From Bradymonadia bacterium (GTDB lineage: Bacteria > Myxococcota_A > Bradymonadia > UBA7976 > UBA1532), in assembly GCA_046290225.1 (NCBI GenBank), contig JBKAGE010000037.1:224001-288000 (forward strand): 64,000 nucleotides of DNA, written 5' to 3'. A program made the position numbers and the translations under genes. Numbering within the stretch: position 1 is the stretch's first letter; each line of letters begins with the position of its first letter. The notes below the pieces were generated by a model. The model ran no database searches and had not been told where the DNA came from. It saw only the letters and a list, made by a program, of their open reading frames with translations. Shown here piece by piece: positions 61,891 through 64,000 of the stretch.

Positions 61891-62123
61891 CGCCCGTCAG
61901 CATGATCAGAAGCCGGTCTCTCGCGCTCTCAACACCATCTCACCCTTGTCAATGTGGCCACAGGAACTGTGGGGGCACGCCAGATATTCCGTGCACGGTC
62001 GAATGGCAACCTCTTCGAACACTCAGAGGCGTTTTTGAACAGCATGTTGGCGATGACCACAGGGTGACGGCGTTCTATGACAGCTTGCTGAGCTGCATGT
62101 CACAGCACTGAAACGAATTGTGG

Positions 62124-62244
62124 AAGAAAGAAAAAGGATCGACCTCGGATGCGCGCTGAGGGGAGGCATCGGGAGAGGGATGCACACACCCGAGGTCGAT
62201 CTCGACATGCCGAGATGAGGGGAGGATAAGTCTCGGCACGCACC
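62124..62244 (-). ncRNA. Candidate sigma54-dependent sRNA with two CCUCCCCUCA-loop hairpins and intrinsic terminator
   Basis: Hairpin 1 at 62207-62239; hairpin 2 at 62137-62201 (about 20 bp, G-U on minus); U-tract after it. Confidence 0.65.
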
Positions 62245-62254
62245 CTAAGTACAA

Positions 62255-62270
62255 AGCAATAAGGATGCCG
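62255..62270 (-). promoter_or_regulatory. Sigma54 promoter of the candidate sRNA
   Basis: CGGCATCCTTATTGCT, GG-N10-GC, just upstream of hairpin 1. Confidence 0.7.
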
Positions 62271-62457
62271 TTCATTCCCCAACGGTCCGCCCCCCCACAC
62301 AACCCACTGAAATCATTCAACACGGCTTATAAATCGGGACAAACGGGTACGCCAGACCGGACAGATGACCGGCGCCCAAGCGGACATGTGTGCTGAAATT
62401 TGCGGACAACTGTGCGTGAGGCGCACGGAAATCTGACGGCGGGTGACAGCTCTGCGA

Positions 62458-63867
62458 TCAGACCGCGAACCGTTGCACGAGGGCTGCGACCTCACGGCCT
62501 CGGCTGGCGTTCTGCTCACTGTCGTGCATGACGTCGCGGACCATGACCTGCAGATCGCTCACGCTGCCCACCAGCTCTTCGAGGGCCCGGCCCGCATCCC
62601 CAGCCATGGAGATGCCCGACTGAGCCGCAGCCTGACTCGAGGTCACTGTGTGCATGAGGCTCTGGGCGTTGGACTGCATCTGGCCCACGCGACTTTCGAT
62701 GTCTCGGGTCACGTCGCTCACGCGGTTGGCGAGGTTCTTGACCTCTTCTGCCACCACGGCGAAGCCCTTGCCAGCATCGCCGGCTCGGGCGGACTCGATG
62801 GTGGCGTTCAATGCCAGCAAGTTCGTCTGCTCAGCGATCTCGTTGATGAGCACTGTGGCCTCACCGATCTCACCGCTCGACTGCACCAACACCTCGATGA
62901 CCTCGGAGATGCCATCGACCTGCTCGGCGAGATTCTCGATGCACGACACCGTCTCTCTGATCACCTCGCCGCCTCGACGAGCCACTTCACCGTTGGATTG
63001 TGCGGCATCGCCCATCTCACCGGTCTTCTGCGCCGACGCCTGCACTGACGAGGTGAGCGCAGACAAACTCTTGAGCACTTCGCCGACTTGAGCAGCCTGC
63101 TGTGTACGCTTGCTCTCCGAGTTGAGCACAGCTTCTTCGACGCGACGCTCGACATCGGCCTTCGCCGCCTCGAGCTCCGCCATCAGCGCCTGGTTCTCCC
63201 GCTCTCGACGATTGGCCTCTGCCACCAGGGCCTCGGCCTTCTGATGCTCGCTCTGAATCTGCATGATGAGGGCCTCGACCTCGCTGTGCTTTTCAACAGC
63301 GACCTTCATCTCCATGATCTGCGTTCGGATGCCCATGAACAACACCACATCTTCGATGATGACGTAGGCCGCGTGCTCCACCACCCGCCAGGGCGAGGCC
63401 TCCATGAGTCCGAAGACCGACTCGGGAAACCAGATGCCCCGCACCAGGTGATCCACCGCCGTGATCGCGGTGAAGGTGATGAGCAGTGTCCAGTCTCTGA
63501 AGAAAGCCACCCAGGCCAGAGAGACAAAGACATAGAAGTGCGTTTCGATGCGCCCGCCTGTCAGGTGGACCGCCAGAGCACACACCACAGCCTGCCCCGC
63601 CACGATGGCATGGCGAGTCATCGCTTGCGAAGGCGCCGTCCGAGCCATGAAGGCCGGGACCAGCGTCGCGGCGCCGCCGAGGAGCACCGCGGCCCACACG
63701 TGCACGTGCGTACTGCTCTCGGCCCCGGACCACGTCTCCGGCGACACGATGAAGGCCACGAGGATCAACACGGGCCATTGCAGCAACATCAGCTTGCCGA
63801 ACAAGCCGGCCGTAGCGGCGTAAGTCTCCTGAAGCCGCCCCTCCACAGTGCCTGGATGAGAATACAT
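62458..63867 (-). CDS. Methyl-accepting chemotaxis protein with His-rich multi-TM sensor domain
   Basis: [38 protein letters not shown]-terminal [13 protein letters not shown] domain; ATG 63867 after AGGAGG. Confidence 0.92.
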   Translation of the reverse strand: MYSHPGTVEGRLQETYAATAGLFGKLMLLQWPVLILVAFIVSPETWSGAESSTHVHVWAAVLLGGAATLVPAFMARTAPSQAMTRHAIVAGQAVVCALAVHLTGGRIETHFYVFVSLAWVAFFRDWTLLITFTAITAVDHLVRGIWFPESVFGLMEASPWRVVEHAAYVIIEDVVLFMGIRTQIMEMKVAVEKHSEVEALIMQIQSEHQKAEALVAEANRRERENQALMAELEAAKADVERRVEEAVLNSESKRTQQAAQVGEVLKSLSALTSSVQASAQKTGEMGDAAQSNGEVARRGGEVIRETVSCIENLAEQVDGISEVIEVLVQSSGEIGEATVLINEIAEQTNLLALNATIESARAGDAGKGFAVVAEEVKNLANRVSDVTRDIESRVGQMQSNAQSLMHTVTSSQAAAQSGISMAGDAGRALEELVGSVSDLQVMVRDVMHDSEQNASRGREVAALVQRFAV

Positions 63868-64000
63868 CGTGTCCCTCCTGAATGTGTTCACGGCGTTCTC
63901 CCAACGCCCTCTGTCCTGCCTCTGTCCTCGGTCAGCTCGCAGCCGTAGACCGCATGCTGATCGCGCGCCCCTGCTCGATGAAGTAGGTGATTGATGACGG

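Overview
GC-rich bacterial DNA. The gene content points to a myxobacterium-like deltaproteobacterium (Myxococcota/Bradymonadia; inference): a DUF1552/DUF1592 pair, many Gly/Pro-linker lipoproteins, a giant secreted Zn-metalloprotease, a PilA-like domain and sigma54 promoters. About 45 CDSs mix housekeeping genes (tldD/pmbA, sua5, purE/purK, glgP, uup, POT transporter, pssA-like, ycaQ-like, ychJ, SF1 helicase) with accessory envelope and signalling genes. I found no rRNA, tRNA, CRISPR or transposase. The best candidate for an undescribed system is at 43.6-45.3 kb. There a MurE paralogue lacks the UDP-MurNAc-binding end but keeps the meso-DAP site, and it is followed in the same apparent operon by a small leader-bearing protein of seven R-(R/H)-S-P-x-x-E repeats ending exactly on the last Glu. 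This suggests Mur-ligase-dependent peptide modification (RiPP-like or wall-anchoring). Other highlights: a sigma54-driven sRNA candidate with twin CCUCCCCUCA loops (62.1-62.3 kb); a 14-codon sORF behind a 14-nt extended Shine-Dalgarno (38.2-38.3 kb); a low-GC ABC-ATPase + TOPRIM-like pair whose effector is broken by a 4-bp duplication; a Cys-less DsbA; and a G-U-rich rod-like hairpin of about 155 nt. All family calls come from motif recognition by eye, not database searches.
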